A DNA stretch of 64,000 nucleotides from Octopus vulgaris (Eukaryota): NCBI GenBank assembly GCA_951406725.2, contig OX597818.1, positions 37,448,001 to 37,512,000 of the forward strand, written 5' to 3'. This document shows, in pieces, positions 40,512 through 54,341 of this stretch (position 1 is the first letter of the stretch; every line of letters starts with the position of its first letter). Below the pieces are notes generated by a model. It had not been told where the DNA came from and did not search any database. It saw nothing but the letters and a program-made list of their open reading frames with translations. Both the position numbers and the translations under genes were made by a program.

Positions 40512-41348
40512 CCTTCTATATAATAAATTAATTTTACTCTGCTATGTATTGAGTACCTTACTTACTGTGGTTAACCCCGAATCAACCCGGGACCTACATA
40601 TCTTAGCACACCCTAGTGCCCTTATAACCATCACCAAGAAAAATGCTGACAAGAATCGACCTCGACACTTCCCTGAAGAACATTACTATCCCACCAAGGA
40701 AACAGTGCGCTATGCCTACCCCCAAAAAGTCCCCCACCACCACTCCTTTAAACCTGCCTAAATGTATAAATGCTAATACAATTCTTGTTAAATAGCTTCC
40801 TGAAGATTTCTCTTGAATGAAACAGTACTAGTCCTGTAGAAGCTCCTTCTATATAATAAATTAATTTTACTCTGCTATGTATTGAGTACCTTACTTACTG
40901 TGGTTAACCCCGAATCAACCCGGGACCTACATATCTTAGCACACCCTAGTGCCCTTATAACCATCACCAAGAAAAATGCTGACAAGAATCGACCTCGACA
41001 CTTCCCTGAAGAACATTACTATCCCACCAAGGAAACAGTGCGCTATGCCTACCCCCAAAAAGTCCCCCACCACCACTCCTTTAAACCTGCCTAAATGTAT
41101 AAATGCTAATACAATTCTTGTTAAATAGCTTCCTGAAGATTTCTCTTGAATGAAACAGTACTAGTCCTGTAGAAGCTCCTTCTATATAATAAATTAATTT
41201 TACTCTGCTATGTATTGAGTACCTTACTTACTGTGGTTAACCCCGAATCAACCCGGGACCTACATATATATATATATATATATATATGGCCATGTTGATT
41301 TGCTAGCCTCTGCACGCATTTTTTTCTCTCCTTGTTTCTTTCTGTGTA

Positions 41349-41386
41349 TCTTTCTGTTGAAGAGCGTAGGCTCGAAACGTAAAAGA
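41349..41386 (+). ncRNA. Minimal hammerhead motif with core mutation
   Basis: tcttt CTGTTGA a gagc gtag gctc GAAA cg TA aaaga; stems perfect, core CUGUUGA deviates from CUGANGA. Confidence 0.6.
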
Positions 41387-41482
41387 CTTGTTTTATTTAT
41401 ATTCCTGAGCGCCATACTAATACAATTGTTTGTTTGTATTCCACCTGCCTTCGTCTTTTGTCTATTTTCATAAAGCTTCTCG

Positions 41483-41545
<63 letters not shown>

Positions 41546-41624
41546 CACATGTGTGTGTGTGTGTGAATCGTTGGCGATTTTTTTCCTCAATATTCCTTTT
41601 CTATTGGACTTTTCTCAGTCTCCT

Positions 41625-41659
41625 GTTTCTGAAGAAGAGCTTTACTCGAAACGTTAAAC
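41625..41659 (+). ncRNA. Minimal hammerhead motif
   Basis: gttt CTGAAGA a gag cttta ctc GAAA cg TT aaac. Confidence 0.65.
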
Positions 41660-41962
41660 CACCTTTCTTTCCTCTCCCGAGCGTCCGCTGATACTTTGCA
41701 TGTAACTAAGTCCTCGCGTTGTTTTTTTTTTTCTTGTTTTTGTTCTTCGTTTTTTTTTTTTTGGTATTTACTATATATATATATATGAATAAATAAATGG
41801 AGTTTAACGCAGGTGTAAATCAAATATTTTACTTTCGACACATATATATTTATATATACACATACACATATATATGTATGCGCACACACACATATACATG
41901 TATGCATGTACGTATACATACATGCGTATAAATGCACATATGTGCATATGTACGCATATACA

Positions 41963-42027
<65 letters not shown>

Positions 42028-42080
42028 GTATATATATGTGAGTGTGTGTGTGGTGTGTATGTTTACACATATATGCATAA

Positions 42081-42130
<50 letters not shown>

Positions 42131-43555
42131 GAAGAAGAAGAAGAAGAAGAAGTCAGAAGTAATGAATGAGTAGTTTCATAGTATTTTTAATTATATAAAA
42201 AGCCTTCAAATTTTCCGAAGGAAAGGAAGTGAAATGCTGATTAAATCGTTTGTGTCTTCTGCATTTGTTATATATACACCCCCATACGCACGCGCGCACA
42301 CAGCCATTGTGAAGCGAGACCTCAAAACCAACCTCCAATAAAGCCCGTACAACTAAAGGAGGTGACTTTATTCTATTCATAGGCAGGGAACTATGACTCG
42401 AATAACACACGATAAAAGCTGGCAACGTTATTACAAGTACTTGACATCGTGATATTGAGATATATTACATTGTCATTAGTCAAAATTATGCCTTACAAAC
42501 GCTAACAATCCTCTTCTTGTAGAGAAAATACTTCAGCATTTCAGTCGTTCACTGTATGAAACGTTATACATCTGAGGCAGTGGGGCTACTTCAAACTCAC
42601 AAACATCTGAGACCGCGTTAAAAAAAAAACCTGGACTGGCAAAATCTCACTTAAAAAGCCACCACTATAATCACTGGTTCCACAGACATACCGCTTTTTA
42701 CTCTCTGATTCTTCAAGAGCTAATACAATAGTCTTGTTCTTCTAAACTTGCAATTTGTATACTTCCTTCCTTCAAATTCACCAATGAGATGCATCTCCTG
42801 ATCACATTATCCTCCAGCGGCTCAGCACCAAAATTATGCACTTTTTACAACTGAGCCTCACCAGGGTTTTCACTTTCTGGAACTCACCTCTTTAAAAAAA
42901 AATTTTTTTTAATCTTCGAACTGAATATCTTCCCTATGGCTTTTTCCTAATAAATACAATGTTCGTACATTCTCTCTCTCTCTCTCTGTGTCTCTCTCAA
43001 TATATATATATATGTAAAATTAAAATGAGGGTGAAAAATTGGATATTAATTTGATAACATCAATTTAACACCAGTGGTCTAGCATATTAAAAAACTGAGG
43101 TTCAGTAAATAGTATTACATACATAGGAGAGGGATTACCACTATGTTGACACCCTAATGCTAGAAGTAGATCCGCTATGGTCTTACCACTAAGAAATGTT
43201 CTCTAGAAAATTTAGCAAACACTAGAAACGTAAGCGAGCAAGACAAATGAAAAGTAACAAAAATATTGATTAATCATAAACAATGTTTCACTATTAACAG
43301 AATTACGTAATTTTACTTACGCAATTTGTCTGTAGATCTTCAGTATGATCGTCCATACAAATATAATTTGCAGAACTGCACACCAGACGTCCGCATGAGG
43401 TCGAACATGTATGTAGTTCTACCTTTTACACTGTGGTTATTTTTCAAAAGTCCTCGTTTTGGCGCGCTAAATTTCCGGAATTAAAACGGCATAAAATAAT
43501 TTACTGCAGTAGCTTTTGCCGGTTTGAGAACGTATTAATTTAAAATTAAAATTAA

Positions 43556-43625
<70 letters not shown>

Positions 43626-44232
43626 GCATGAATAAGCATATGTGTATCTTTGTGTGTGTTAGTGCGAGCGCGTCTTTGTGTTTGTCTCCATCAAAGTCCC
43701 ACAACTAGTGTTGGTTTGTTTACGTTACTCTGACTTAGCGATTCGGCAAAAAAGAAAGACAAAAAGTACCAGGCTTAAAAAAAAGTTCTGTGGTCGATTT
43801 GTTCGACTAAACTCCTAAAGGTAGTGCAGCAGTATGGCCGCAGTCATATACCTGCAACAAGTAAAATATGAAAGATTATGTGCGAGCTTACGTGCACACA
43901 CACACATACCCCCCCACACACACACACGTGCGTATCCGTCCGTATGCATGTATCAAAAACTTTCGTTATCTCTCCGAAATGCCGAGTTAGTAAGATATGA
44001 ATAATTTGTCATTCCGAGAGAATAATGAAGCATTATGATCATTCTAAAAATGTTGATTTAAGCTCATTATAAACATATTCACTCTACATTAAATTTGTAT
44101 TAAGGACTTGACTACATTTGACTGTAGCCAAACCTGTTTTCACCAACAGATTTTAATCACTAATAAGTGTGTGCCTACGTACGTTGGTGTGGTGGTGGCA
44201 GTTGTGTATGTGTGTGTGTGTATGTGTGTGTA

Positions 44233-44263
<31 letters not shown>

Positions 44264-44499
44264 AATAAGTATCAAATATTTTACCCCACACTGATACTGT
44301 GGGACCTATTTAAAGTTATAACTGAGGGTGACTAAAACTGTCGTATTATCTGGAGACTTTTCTGTATCTTCAACATGTGTCTCAGGGTCACCCTTTAGCT
44401 TGTACGCTTCGATTGAGTTCAGAGTCACCAACGTTTCACTCCTTAGCATGTACGCTTCAACTGAATGGGGCAACGAGAAATGAATTAGCTTTCGGTTAA

Positions 44500-45480
44500 A
44501 GAAAGGTTCCATTTGTGGTATCCTGTAAACCACAACCCACTGGAACAGGTCTTCCTACCATGGCTATCACCTTGGTGGCTTTCTTCAGTTGTTTGGGCTT
44601 CAAACCTATCTTCTGCAAAAAAAAGCACATTGGTTTTGCTGGGAAACTGTGATAGCCGACTTCAATGGGGGAGGAAGCTGCGTGTCATCCTTTGACATGT
44701 GCCTCATCAACTAAGTCCTAGTGTTTGGCTGTCTTCAGTTGGTGAGAAATATCAAGCCAGCCCCTACCCTTGCCCCCGAGCATTGGGAGTTCAGTCGCGA
44801 TGATTGTTTTTGTACTCTTAGATAAAAGAATTATGACTGATCAGAGAGAGAGAGAGAGAGATTACTTCCATCTCCACCGTAAAGATGAGTCTGCCCTTCA
44901 GATCCTCCTGCATTCCCTAGTCAAAGCTTTGATGCAAATTTAAAAAAAGGTTCTTCCAAAGCTGCATCTGTCTTAGGAGCCCTATCACGTTCCTTTAGGA
45001 ATTTAATACCTATATCTTTACTACCTACAAGGGGCTAAACACAGAGAGAACAAATAAGGACAAACAAACGGATTAAGTCAATTATATCGACCCCAATGCG
45101 TAACTGGTACTTAATTTATGGATCCCGAAAGGATGAAAGACAAAGTCGACCTCGGCGGAATTTGTACTCAGAACGTAACGGCAGACGAAATACGGCCACG
45201 CATTTTGGCCGGCGTGCTAACGTTTCTGCCAGCTCGCTTCCTATTAAATTAGGAATTTAATACCTTTGAGTAGCGAGGCCTGTTGCTTGTTGACCATAAC
45301 TTCCTGCAAGTCCGTCCATAATGCAATTTCTGTATGGATCTTATTGTGTCTCTTCATGTGTCAGCTTTCTCCCGATGCCTTGAAATACCTGGCCAATATG
45401 TGATTCAATGTGCAAAGAGCTGCTCCACACTGCTTGCAGTACGGATCATCTTCTTTGTCCCATAGTTTAAGATTATGTTG
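44500..45480 (-). mobile_element. Decayed RLE-type non-LTR retrotransposon C-terminus (Hero/NeSL/R2 group)
   Basis: CKQCGAALCTLNHIL zinc knuckle then RH; KTIIATEL...KTAKH.DLVDEAHVKG.HAASSPIEVGYHSFPAK, similar to the ELTVP / PIEVGCRGF RLE motifs; interrupted by a SINE. Confidence 0.6.
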
Positions 45481-45839
45481 GGGATGACAAGAGGTCGACA
45501 CACGTAAAGGATTAATCTTTATAAATATTTTACTTATTTAATTCGTTGGATTGCGACCATTATGGGGCACCATCTTGAAAGGTTTTAGCCGAGAAAATCG
45601 ATGTCACTATTTATGTTTACTTAAGTTCGGTACATATTCTATTGGTCTCTTGCCAAACAGCTAAGGCACGGGATCACAAACAAGTCAATATCGATTGTCA
45701 AGCAGTGTGGGGAAGATAAACAAAGACACAAACACACACACACACACACACACACACATACGACAGGCTTCGCTACAGTTTCTGTCTACCAAATTCCCCT
45801 CCCCGCCACACACACATGACAGGCTTCCCTACAGTTTCT

Positions 45840-46070
45840 TATTTTTTTACTGCTCACAAGGGGCTACACACAGAGGGGACAAACAAGGATAAACGTATTA
45901 AGTCGATTATATCGACCCCAGTGCGTAACTGGTACTTATTTAATCGACCCCGAAAGGATGAAAGGCAAAGTCGACCTCAGCGGAATTTGAACTCAGAACG
46001 TAGCTGCAGACGAAATACCGCTAAGAATTTCGCCCGGCGTGCTAACGTTTCTGCCAGCTCGCCGCCTTAT
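45840..46070 (-). mobile_element. SINE family 3, representative copy, nested in a family 1 SINE
   Basis: GGCGGCGAGCTGGCAGAAACGTTAGC...GTTCAAATTCCGC; other copies near 597, 12240, 15230, 20660, 22975, 27500, 45010, 57140. Confidence 0.8.
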
Positions 46071-48635
46071 AGTTTCTGTCTACCAAATTCACTCACAAGG
46101 TATTGGTCGGCCCCGGAACTAGAATAGAAGACTGCTGCGCAGTAGGACTGAACCCGAAACTACATGATTGCAAAGCAAACTTCTTAACCACTCATTCGTA
46201 CTTGCGCTATGGGAAGAAAAAAATATGAATAAATGAGGATTGTTTTTATATGGAATACATAATGCCTACTTTCTAAAATGATACGTTGTTAGCAAGAGCA
46301 TGAAATTGTGGTGGTTTCTTGGTGTTAGATCATGCTCTAACCCTGACACCTGTAGAAAAGCTCCAACTTTGTATAGACAAAAAATTTGATTTATTATTGA
46401 TAGTTGCAAACGTTGGTATTAGAGAGAAATTGCTTGTAAAATGACAAATCTAAACACTTTCCAAGTCTCCAAGTGATTTTAAGTGTCAATGCTTAGATCT
46501 AATTTTATAGAATAAAGATATAATTTTTTTAGATGTGACGTTATTCCAACAATGAGAACATTCACCTGTGTAAACTGAAGCGATATGGAATAAATTGTTC
46601 TATCCAGAAAAACTAAACACTTGTAGCAAGTTTGAGCTTACGACCTATGAGCGGGTAATCTGGTATTTTAACCTGTAGGGTCTCGGGTTCTTTTGGTGTC
46701 GTCAGTGTTGGTTAGCTCCAAATGGTCTATAACTAATTGCGTATCGTCTATGGCTGTTTCATCTATTTCTTCATAGTTATCTGGAACTACAATATCTTAT
46801 GTACCATTACTCTTTTAAGGCGGTAGGACGTAATTTGAAGACAGTAAGACTGCAATTTCTTGCAGATCAAGATATCAAGAAGATTCTTTCATTCTATATG
46901 TAATAACCCTTTGCAAAAACGACTATGAAAGAAGGCAAATAAGTACCGGGGTTGGGGGGAAAGAAGAGAGAACTAACAGTCGATCTTTCTAGAACTCTCA
47001 GAATAAAAACGAAAACACCTGAAAGACTTTCCCTCTATTCATTACTAAATGTCTTCCCCTCTTCTTCATTGTTAAAAGTAAAGAAGCTAGAAAAGATCGA
47101 TCGTATTTCAGTCTAATTGTCATTGCCTTTCTCGGCCTCTATCGCTTCACTCCTTTTCTCAACGGTTAAGAGAGTGAAAGTGCATGGCTCAGTGGTTAGG
47201 GGTATTCGGCCCACGATCGTAAAGCCATGAGTACGATTCCTTGCGGTGCGTTCTGTTCTTGAGCAAGGTACTCTACTTCACCTTGCTGCAGTCCACTCAG
47301 CTGGTAAAAATGAGTTGTAGCTGTAATTCAAAGGGGCCAGCCTAATCTCATTTCGATCTATGTATCTACTGTCTCGCTCACTCTCTCTCTCTCTTTCTCT
47401 CTCACTTCCTCTGTGTCCATCCTCTCTCTCGCTTTTAATTTAACAATGCGTGTATGTATCTATGTATCAACTTTTCTTGCGATGTGAAAAACATTTAAAA
47501 ACACAAAACGAACACCGTCACCGCTCATTTTCTCTCATTCTCTCTCTTTCTCTCTCACTCTCTCTTTCTCTCTCACTTCCTCTTTCTCCTCCTCTCTCCT
47601 GCTTTGCCACTCCTTCCTTTGAGATAAGTGTGACACACACCACAGGTACGGATGTACAAAAACAACAAGTTGGCGTATTAATATTATTTATAAATAGATT
47701 CTACTATTCGCTTTTACTCTTTTACAGTCATTACACTGCGGTCATGCTGGGGCACCGCCTTGAAGGATTTTAATCAAACGAATCCACCCCAGTACTTATT
47801 TATTTTAAGCGTGGTACTTATTCTATCGGTCTCTTTTGGTGTTGGTGATGCAAACACACCAACACCAATTAAACAGTGATGTGAGGACGAACACACACAC
47901 ACATACACGTTTCTTCTTTCAGTTTCCGTCTACCAAATCCACTCACAAGGCTTTGGTCGGGCCGAGCCAAGAGTGTAGTAGAAGACACTTACCCAAGGTG
48001 CCACGCAGTGAAAATGAATCCGGAACCAAGTGGCTGGAATGCAAACTTCTTACCGCACAGCAACGCCTGCGCCTGCAAAAACAAAAGAATAAAAACAAAA
48101 AAAAAAAACCACAATGTAGTGATGGGACTGGTCACGATCAGAACGCCTTTTATCTTGGTCTGCTCGATAAGGTCTGAGCTGGAGTGAAACACACACCAAC
48201 GACATTATATCAAACTGCAATACATATGTATAACAAGTATTCTACAGTATACTGCATTGCATAACACTTTTCCTTTTTTTAAATGAAAGCGGATGAGTGT
48301 GAGCCATACTATAGTATGTGAAGAATTTCGTGTCTCAACATTTCATCTAAATTCCATACAACTACTTACAACAGCAACAACAACAATAGCAGCAGTGACA
48401 ACACATGCCTCAGTGCCTCATCATTCTATAAAGTATTAACTGAAAGAAAAATATATATGCCATCTATAATCACATTTACATTCAAGATATGCACTTCAAT
48501 AACACATCTCTTGCTGAGAAGGCAATATATCACAGTGAGTTCGCTATCTTTTCTCTTTCAAAAAATGTATTTTAGAAATAACACGCATAAAGACACAGAA
48601 CAGAACTTCGCTGTTGTTAAAGCACACGCATATGT

Positions 48636-48693
<58 letters not shown>

Positions 48694-48834
48694 CTGTGCA
48701 AATACATGTGGGTTTTTTTAATGTATACATAAGATATTTTATGTATTTTTAAGTACATTTTTCAATGCATCATTTGAGAGAGAAAGATAGAGAACACCGT
48801 GTGATATATTGTTTGCCAGCATGAAATGTATAGT

Positions 48835-49172
<338 letters not shown>

Positions 49173-49790
49173 TACAGGGGTTGGATAAAATAATGGAAGC
49201 ACCTTAAAATTTCAAAAAAAAATTATTTTAATATGGGGTGGGGTCGCCTTGGCAGTAACTACAGCTTGAATTCTACGAGATATGGACTCGTACAAAGTTT
49301 GAATTGTTTCCAAAGGAATTTTTCACCATTCTTCAACTAAAAACAGTCTCCACTTCTTGTAGTGATGATGGTGGAGGATATCGACACCATAAATGTTCAA
49401 TAATATTGAGATCTGGGGACTGTGGTGGCCAGATAAGATGTTCGACTTCACTAGAATGTTCCTCGTGCCATTCAATAACAACTTTAGCTGTGTGAATTGG
49501 TGCAATATCATCCTAAAAGATGGCGTTTCCCTCCGGAAACAGTTCCGCAACCATAGGATGAATTTGATCAGATAAATTAATTAAACTGCATATTATTATC
49601 CTCAGCCCATCTGTAATTCTGCCATGAAGGGAAACCATTGGGCCGGTGGATTTCCAAGATATAGCCTCCAAAATCATCACAGATCCTCCTCCATGTTTAA
49701 CAGTTGGAAGAAGGCAGTCTGGGTCAAATGCTTCTTTTGGCTGTCTCCACACGTGTAATCGGCCGATGGTCGGAAATAAGGTAAAGGATG
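49173..49790 (-). mobile_element. Tc1-family transposon 3' half
   Basis: PTVKHGGGSVMI, DDIAPIHTAK, WPPQSPDLNIIEHLW; TIR begins TA|CAGGGGTTGG at 49173. Confidence 0.9.
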
Positions 49791-49794
49791 AAAC

Positions 49795-51190
49795 ACTCAC
49801 ATCATCAAAGTCATGGAACAGTTAGTCAGAGAGAAACTAATCGCATTCCTTGAAGAAAATAATTTGCTGAGTGATACCCAGCATGGTTTTCGACCAGGAA
49901 GGTGTTGCCTGACCCAGTTCTTACAACATTATGACAGTGTGTTGAAGCAGTTACTCAACAACTCAAATGTGGACGTAATATACCTTGATTCTGCAAAAGC
50001 TTTTGACAAAGTGAATCATGGTATGATAAGTATGTCACAAACTGAGTGATCTCGGCATAGCTGGAAAACTTGGAGAGTGGTTATATGACTTTCTGAAAGA
50101 TAGGAGTCAGGCAGTAGTGGCCAATGGAACCACCTCAATGAAAACACAAATAGTGAGCGGTGTTCCACAGGGCACTCTCTTGGGACCACTGCTTTTCATA
50201 GTAGTCCTCTCAGATATGCCCTCAACTGCCCGGATAGCTACCCTTGCAAGCTACGCAGACGATACGAAAGTCTCGCAGAAAATACAGAACCCCAGTGAAG
50301 TTGCACATCTGCAGCAGGAGTTGGACTCAATTTACAGATGGGCTGAGGATAATAATATGCAGTTTAATGCTGAAAAATTCCAAGCCCTGCGCTACCAGCG
50401 TCCAAAACTGAATATGAAACCTACATGGTACACTGGTCCTTAGGGAATTACAACCCCAGAGCCTAAATCAGTGCGGGGCCAGGGTATCGACATGAGTGAT
50501 GATACCTCTTTCCAAGTGCACATCACCGGAATGGCGACAAAGTGCAGACGGCTGGCTGGCTGGATCCTGAGAACATTCAGTATCAGAGATAAGGAAACCA
50601 TGATGGTCGTCTGGGAGACATTGGTCTTCAACCGCCTGGATTACTACTCACAGCTATGGTCACCCAACAGTGTAAAATTAACAGCGGACCTTGAAGCAAT
50701 ACAGTGAAGCTTCACAAAGAAGATCGTCTCTTTGCAACAGCTCAGCTACTGGGAAAGGCTGAAACAGCAAAGGCGGGAGTGGTATGCAGTAATATACATC
50801 TGGAAGATCCTGGAAGGAATTGTGCCAAATTTTGGCATTGAAAGCGACACTAATGCCAGAACTGGTCGACAATGCACAGTGCCAAAGATCCCAGCAATGC
50901 CATCGCGCTTCAGGACCAGTTACTGCAATAGCCTGGGTTTCAGGGGCCCACAGCTTTTTAATATTCTCCCAACAAACCTAAGGAACCTGCACAAAGTAGA
51001 TATAGGCATTTTAAAATCAAGGACGGACCTCTTCCTGTCGACAGTCCCAGACGAATCTACCTCACGGCAAGAGGTGCAAATGAGGGTAGCTACATCAAAC
51101 TCCATTCTTCACCAAGTGCCACATATAAGAGGAGGCTCTCTGTAATAGCAGTGTAGCAAAACGGTGTTCCACCATGAGTTGAAACTACAA
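49795..51190 (+). mobile_element. CR1-group LINE reverse transcriptase remnant
   Basis: QHGFRPGR, YLDSAKAFDKVNH, SGVPQGTLLGPLLF, YADDTK, GPQLFNILP; frameshifts and stops. Confidence 0.92.
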
Positions 51191-51196
51191 AAGAAG

Positions 51197-51262
<66 letters not shown>

Positions 51263-51292
51263 GTATATATACATATATATATATATACTGGG

Positions 51293-51323
<31 letters not shown>

Positions 51324-51501
51324 GCATAGATATGTATATATATATATGTACATACATATATATGCATATGTACATATATATATATATACATGTATATATA
51401 CACATATGTATATATAAACACACATGTATATGTATATATACACATATATATATATATATACATATACACACACATACACACACACACATACACACACACA
51501 T

Positions 51502-51535
<34 letters not shown>

Positions 51536-51538
<3 letters not shown>

Positions 51539-51713
51539 AGGTGTGTTATGAGAATTTATAGAACAGTATCCTATAGAAACTCACCAAGCTGTTAAAGATG
51601 GAGAAGAGATGTTAAAAGCTTTAAGCATTTAACATCCTTTCTTCTCCATCTTTAACAATTTTTTGAGTTTCAATAGCATATTTGTTCTATAAATCCTCAT
51701 AACACACCTTATA
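51536..51713. repeat. Imperfect palindrome, arms about 85 bp, next to (TA)n
   Basis: ataaggtgtgttatgag...gttaaa is mirrored by tttaac...ctcataacacaccttat. Confidence 0.85.
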
Positions 51714-51839
51714 CTTGTAGCATTTTCATATTCGCAAAATTCTTATAACAGTAAGCTACCAATGAAATATGAAGAACCTTTATTAGATATCGATCTTTGG
51801 AACCCCACCCCAACAAAGTAAAGGACGAAATAGAACTCA

Positions 51840-51908
<69 letters not shown>

Positions 51909-51989
51909 TATTATAGTCAAAATCAGTCACCACCATCACCTCAACATTTTTCCTCAAGGCACACGGTATCAGCCCTTCCGCCAAAGCCC

Positions 51990-53150
51990 CAAAATGGAAG
52001 ATCTAATTTATTGAGTACTGTGTTTATGACCACCATCCACACCATAACGCTTTTTTCGACCTCACACAGACCCATCTCAATAACCTCCACTTGGAAGGTG
52101 AGGTGAGAGTGAAGACTTTTGCAGCCATCCGTGCAGATCGTGTCGGCAGAAGAAAGGGTTGATCCGCCATTTTCGTGCACGATTCATTTTCGGTTGAAGC
52201 GATGGTCGTATTTACCAATGGCTACTGTGAAGCAGCTTATGTGTATAGTAAAACCAACAATTTAATAGTAGCTGGACTCTATAGGCCACCCCTAACTCCT
52301 TTAATACGCTTCAAGGAATGCCTCAAAAGTATCAAGTGTTTTAGCCATCAGCCATCATATGCTGACAACATATTAATGATGAGGGACTCCAACCTTCCCA
52401 GTGTTGACTGGTACACAAACAGCTTGACACCAAGTTTTTCCACCTCAACCCCTGATAAAGAAGCAATCGAATTGCTTTTTGATCTCATGGATGGGTTTTG
52501 CCTGACACAACTTGTTCTCGAACCAACAAGGTATCATAAAAACACCTTGGACCAAGTGTTCAGTAACCACACTGACACTATCCACAATATTGCAGTGGAA
52601 AAAACACCACTACTCTCAGACTATGACATGGTTCTCTGTGATCTGAGATTCTACCACCCAAAGATCAAATCCAATAACATCTCTCCAGTCCATCCATTTG
52701 ACACTATGGATCTTCATAACGCAGATTGGGATGCGATCAATCATGATCATTCACACGTTGATTGGGTCTTCTCGCACGCACACACCTATAACAACATAAA
52801 CTCATCATGGCAGACATTTGCAGATACGGTGACACATATATGCGCAAAACATACTCCATTAAGATCAGTATACAAATCTAAGGGCAGAATCCCTAGAAAT
52901 AGAAGAGCAATTATCAGAAAAATAAAAAGAATTAACAAGAAAACCAACCAACTTAAATACTGCCAGCAGCAACGCACCCATTCGACTGCCATTGCATCAC
53001 TCGAACTGAAAAAACACAACCTCCAAAAAATCATGATGACCATCATTAACAAAGAGCAGCTGAAGAGAGTTGGGCCATTGAGAAAATAAAACTCAATCCC
53101 AAAGTATTCTTTTCATTTGCAAAGAAAAAAACCCCCATAAAGACGCTGTT
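51990..53150 (+). mobile_element. LINE ORF2 N-terminal APE endonuclease remnant
   Basis: GLYRPP, RDSNLP (GDFN-like), EPTR..NTLDQVF, LSDYDMV (SDH-like). Confidence 0.88.
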
Positions 53151-53183
53151 TCCACTGTTGGTCTTTTCATATATATATATATG

Positions 53184-53244
<61 letters not shown>

Positions 53245-53668
53245 CTAAGATAAATATACATTATTTAACTGCATTGTGCAAAGCGAACACCATGGTTAAC
53301 CACCCTTTTTCTTTGGAGGGTTAGGAAAGCCGGCTGTTCTGACTAATTTCAGTATTTATTCGTTTCACATTAGAGATCAATTAGTCAGTTTCTGTCTATA
53401 CAATAACTAATAAATTCTAGCTATTTATACTAGCTAGCTATTTATACTATTTATAGTATACTCATAGTCGTGGATTTATCTAACTAATCTACATAACGGT
53501 GGACATGTTGGCAATCTGAATTTATCACAAACACACGTCCATACGATTATTTTATAAATCTACATACCCTGCCGCTGTGTTGTGCTTCTATATACGATAA
53601 GATTTTGATAAATTGGTAAAACTAATCAATTTTCTACAGTAGCATCATTGAAGCGAGGCTGGCGAGGG

Positions 53669-53768
53669 ATGCTCCACTCAGGGCCAGGAGTGTTCCACTC
53701 TAGGTGAGGGGTGCTCCACTCAGGGCCAGGAGTGTTCCAATCCAGGTGAGGGGTGCTCCACTCTGGGC
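53669..53768. repeat. 42-bp minisatellite, about 2.4 copies
   Basis: gctccactc at 53671, 53713 and 53755. Confidence 0.85.
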
Positions 53769-54280
53769 GATGCATTAATGGGGTAGTATTTTGGTTCCGC
53801 TGTTTAACCCTTTAGCATTGAGATTACTTTGTTAAATGTAAAGCTTGTTTATTTACATGGTTCCATTTAATCATGCATCATCTGGTAGTCTTGAGATTTC
53901 ACTGAAGGGATTGCTTATTTTTAGAATGACATTGTAGGGTAGGTGTGAGAATCTGAATCTGACCAGTTTGAATATAAAACTGGTTGAATATTTGGATATG
54001 GTCGGTTTAAATGCTAAAGAGTTAACCCTATATGTACTTGGGAGTGGGCAAGGGGACGACAAACTCAGGGGCTGCCCTGGGTAGGGCACATTGTAGCTAC
54101 GCCACATTTGTTTGTTTGTTTTTTTGGAGTGGGGGTCACATAAATATAGAAAAAGCCACGGTTTTTAGTTGCATTGTAAGAAGACAGGTAAGACAACAAA
54201 AGAATGAAAGAGACCTCGATATTATGTAAATAGAGGAATTTATCTGTAAATGTAATATGAAACAATTATTCGGTAGCCAT

Positions 54281-54341
54281 GATAAAACTCCGAATTTCGG
54301 ATGCCGAGGTGGAAATCCACGCCGCCATCTCTTCAGTTATC
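54281..54341 (-). ncRNA. Type I hammerhead motif
   Basis: GATAA CTGAAGA gatg..cgtgg attt ccac..catc c GAAA ttcggag TT TTATC. Confidence 0.7.

Larger units (their letters stand above)
33417..41265. repeat. 333-bp tandem array (about 20 units, then about 4 inverted units) with one type I hammerhead ribozyme per unit; retrozyme-like
   Basis: Period 333 (ORF track repeats at 33520, 33853, 34186 ...); orientation flips near 39996; (TA)n on both flanks; HHR core in every unit. Confidence 0.95.

Noticed and set aside
33520-41094. Repeated 70-aa ORF MSTLLTVVNPESTRDL... as a tandem gene family
   Set aside because: Starts at TTG, has no recognisable domain, is frameshifted in some units, and simply reflects the 333-bp period. 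The RNA structure explains the unit better, though translation from a circle is not excluded.
33417-41265. CRISPR array, 5S rRNA, tRNA or snRNA tandem cluster
   Set aside because: No unique spacers, and no recognisable 5S, tRNA or snRNA sequence in the unit
43310-43350. Minus-strand CTGAAGA hammerhead candidate
   Set aside because: GAAA is replaced by CAAA and there is no convincing stem I
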